From the NCBI GenBank assembly GCA_003663325.1, contig QMZT01000001.1:15366-79365 (forward strand): 64,000 nt of DNA. Direction: 5' to 3'. The position numbers and the translations under genes are program-made. Source of the DNA: Candidatus Aenigmatarchaeota archaeon. GTDB lineage: Archaea > Aenigmatarchaeota > Aenigmatarchaeia > QMZP01 > QMZT01. Every line of letters begins with the position of its first letter. The first letter of the stretch is position 1. Shown in pieces: positions 62,201 through 64,000 of the stretch. The notes beneath the pieces are model-generated. The model had not been told where the DNA came from and did not search any database. It worked only from the letters and a program-made list of their open reading frames with translations.

Positions 62201-62386
62201 ATGAAGAAGGAGGTTATAGCTGTAGATGAATTTACCTATGGAATATTTGGTGATAGCGAGCCAAAATATATAACAGAAGATGGAAAAGTATATATACCAG
62301 GTTTAAACCTTAAGCTGGAGCAGATAGAAGAAATTGGAGGAGGTGTCGAAAAGGGCGGCAAGACATATATACGTGTTAAATATTAA
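62201..62386 (+). CDS. hypothetical small protein
   Basis: 61 aa, preceded by AAGGAGGTGA (strong SD-like). No motif recognised. Confidence 0.5.
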   Translation: MKKEVIAVDEFTYGIFGDSEPKYITEDGKVYIPGLNLKLEQIEEIGGGVEKGGKTYIRVKY

Positions 62387-62439
62387 GCGTAGAGGGCATG
62401 TAGGGTAGTTTGGATATCCTGAGGGCTTGCGGAGCCCTT

Positions 62440-62513
62440 GACCCGGGTTCAAAATCGAAACCACCAGCGGGTTTCGATGCATCCTGCAACCAATAAGCAT
62501 GGGAAATCCCGGC
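62440..62513 (+). repeat. 74-nt segment identical to 13808-13881 (inverted orientation)
   Basis: See the partner entry. The segment covers 3 nt of variable region, the full T arm, the 53-nt intron and the first acceptor base. Confidence 0.85.
62454..62506 (+). other. tRNA-Arg T-loop intron (53 nt)
   Basis: Identical to tRNA-Glu intron 2. Bulge AA|T beside the T stem, 3-bp helix TTC/GGA-type pairing, then hairpin ATCGAAACC/GGTTTCGAT (relaxed BHB). Confidence 0.65.
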
Positions 62514-62533
62514 ATGCCCATATGCCATGGAAG

Positions 62534-63628
62534 ATGAAGGCTTTGGTGGATGATTTTTTTGTAAAAGAAATAAGCAAGGAAATTGAAGAAAGTGAAGATG
62601 GGGAGTATTTATGGTTTAGATTGAGGAAGAAGAATTGGGATTTTTATAAGTTATTGAAGGTTATGGCAAGAAGGCTTGGGGTCTCTATAAAAAGGTTTGG
62701 ATATGCAGGGGTTAAGGATAAATTTGCTGTGACCGATCAGCTCATCTCTCTTTGGAAAGGTAGAGAGGAAGAGGTGAGGAAGATAAGACTTAGAGATGTT
62801 GAATTTTACGGGTTTAGAAGAGCAAGCATGCCGTTAAGCTTGGGTTTGCTTAAGGGCAACCAATTCAAAATAGTAGTCAGAAACATAAGAGAGAAGGAAA
62901 TAGATAAGATCGGTAAGAATGTTGAGCAAGCTAAGAAGGAAGGGGTACTAAATCTTTACGGGGAGCAAAGGTTTGGTAGCAAGAGATATGTTAATGCCAA
63001 GGTTGGCTATTTAATCGTTAAAGGCAAGGTAAAGGATGCCGTTATTACTTACTTAACTGAAACAGGAGCAAGTGAGCCAAAGGAAACGAGGGAGGCGAGA
63101 ATGTTATTAAAGAATGAGCTGGATTTTAGAAAGGCTTTAAAAATATTTCCCAAACACCTTAAGTACGAGCTTGCAATCCTTAATCACCTTGCAAGGTACG
63201 AAAATGATTATGTTGGTGCGTTAAGGGCATTGCCAAAGTACCTAAGAAAGATGTTTGTTCACGCATATCAAACAGAATTATGGAATAAGATTGCAAAAAA
63301 GGCACACAGCGTAGCTGCGCATAATATAAAAATCCCAATAATAGGTTACGAGACTAATTTATCAAAATACAAAGAAATTGAGGGCATAGTAAGGGATGTA
63401 ATGGGAGAAGAAGGGATAGGGGCTGCGAGCTTTAAAATAAATCAGATACCCGAGCTTTCTAGCAAGGGGGATGAAAGGTACATGCTTGTTTTTCCAAAAG
63501 GTATAAAATTTAGCGTTGGAGAAGATGAACTGAACGATGGCATGTTAAAAGCAATCTTTGAATTTTATGCTCCTAAAGGAAGTTACGGAACTGTTATTGT
63601 TCAGCAATTCATGAAAAATGTTGCCTAA
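62534..63628 (+). CDS. truD: tRNA pseudouridine(13) synthase TruD/Pus7 family
   Basis: Start moved past the tRNA to 'MKALVDDFFVKEI' (or Met at 62522). Catalytic 'FGYAGVKDKFAVT', plus 'NLYGEQRFG'. Confidence 0.8.
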   Translation: MKALVDDFFVKEISKEIEESEDGEYLWFRLRKKNWDFYKLLKVMARRLGVSIKRFGYAGVKDKFAVTDQLISLWKGREEEVRKIRLRDVEFYGFRRASMPLSLGLLKGNQFKIVVRNIREKEIDKIGKNVEQAKKEGVLNLYGEQRFGSKRYVNAKVGYLIVKGKVKDAVITYLTETGASEPKETREARMLLKNELDFRKALKIFPKHLKYELAILNHLARYENDYVGALRALPKYLRKMFVHAYQTELWNKIAKKAHSVAAHNIKIPIIGYETNLSKYKEIEGIVRDVMGEEGIGAASFKINQIPELSSKGDERYMLVFPKGIKFSVGEDELNDGMLKAIFEFYAPKGSYGTVIVQQFMKNVA

Positions 63629-64000
63629 CATATACTTTTCCTCCCATCTTTCAATTTCTTCATCTGTTATCACATCGCTCCTGCGTTTATTTTTTCCTCC
63701 CCACTCTCTATCCCCTAGCCCAAAGATAGCACCACTAATCATGCCAAAGATGTGTGAAAAATGAGCAATAGGTGTTGGGTAAAATATACCTGTTATATCT
63801 ATAGCTATCCATAGAAGCGCAGCTATACATACGTACATGGGAACACCAAAAGCAAGCACAATAGTCTTTGGCCTGCTTACAGCGAGGTAACCAATGATAC
63901 CATAAACAATCCCGCTTATCCCTATCGTTTCTCTATAGAATATCACAGAGCCCAGTGAAGATAAAAATAATGAAGCCAAGATAATGCGCATGAATTTTGT
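63545..64000 (-). CDS. rhomboid-family intramembrane serine protease (N-terminus beyond window)
   Basis: 'GISGIVYGIIGY' (GxSG) and 'HFSHIFGMISGAIFG' (His helix). The frame stays open to the window edge. Confidence 0.7.
   Translation of the reverse strand, partial: TKFMRIILASLFLSSLGSVIFYRETIGISGIVYGIIGYLAVSRPKTIVLAFGVPMYVCIAALLWIAIDITGIFYPTPIAHFSHIFGMISGAIFGLGDREWGGKNKRRSDVITDEEIERWEEKYMLGNIFHELLNNNSSVTSFRSIKFKDCF

Larger units (their letters stand above)
62394..62520 (+). tRNA. tRNA-Arg(GCG) with a single T-loop (59/60) intron
   Basis: Exons 62394-62453 and 62507-62520. Acceptor GGGCATG/CATGCCC. Anticodon stem AGGGC/GCCCT with loop TTGCGGA. T arm CCGGG-TTCAAAT-CCCGG. Discriminator A. Confidence 0.8.

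Noticed and set aside
1-64000. CRISPR arrays, IS elements, transposases, integrases, restriction-modification or toxin-antitoxin modules, rRNA genes
   Set aside because: I scanned the intergenic regions and ORF products and found none. There are no regularly spaced direct repeats, no DDE or tyrosine-recombinase motifs and no 16S/23S/5S signatures.

Overview
All calls were made by eye from the sequence and the ORF track; no searches were run. The window is an AT-rich, gene-dense archaeal chromosome segment. Archaeal hallmarks include RpoN/Rpo10, an HMf-type histone, FEN1, the L1-P0-P1 stalk operon, Rad50/Mre11/NurA, ApgM, SepF, an RNase P RNA and tRNAs with bulge-helix-bulge (BHB) introns. A small-genome, DPANN-like lineage is only a guess. 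I see no rRNA, CRISPR array, transposase or integrase. Most genes are housekeeping: translation, DNA repair, sugar-nucleotide and glycosyltransferase functions, and PEP synthase. Four things stand out. (1) A tightly coupled minus-strand operon (14046-18853) encodes ten pilin-like or single-TM proteins. Two of them carry intact peptidoglycan-hydrolase domains (SLT lytic transglycosylase and M23 peptidase). Four are 33-49 aa micro-ORFs missing from the ORF track. A type IV pilus-like assembly core (FlaI/TadA-like ATPase, two TadB/C-like platform proteins, a pilin) lies 4 kb away at 23016-27109. An archaeon has no murein of its own, so this looks like a surface apparatus aimed at bacterial walls. 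(2) A 2724-aa heavily sequon-decorated, Cys-module-containing, membrane-anchored surface protein lies at 4024-12198. (3) tRNA gene structure is unusual. Three of the four tRNAs are interrupted in the T-loop (59/60), and two carry a second intron at 37/38. tRNA-Glu and tRNA-Arg share a 74-nt identical T-arm plus intron segment 48 kb apart. The two tRNA-Trp introns are paralogous, and one carries a C/D-like guide that places C34 at the N+5 position. (4) A histidine-less IGPD (HisB-fold) homolog sits next to an AmmeMemoRadiSam-type radical SAM enzyme.
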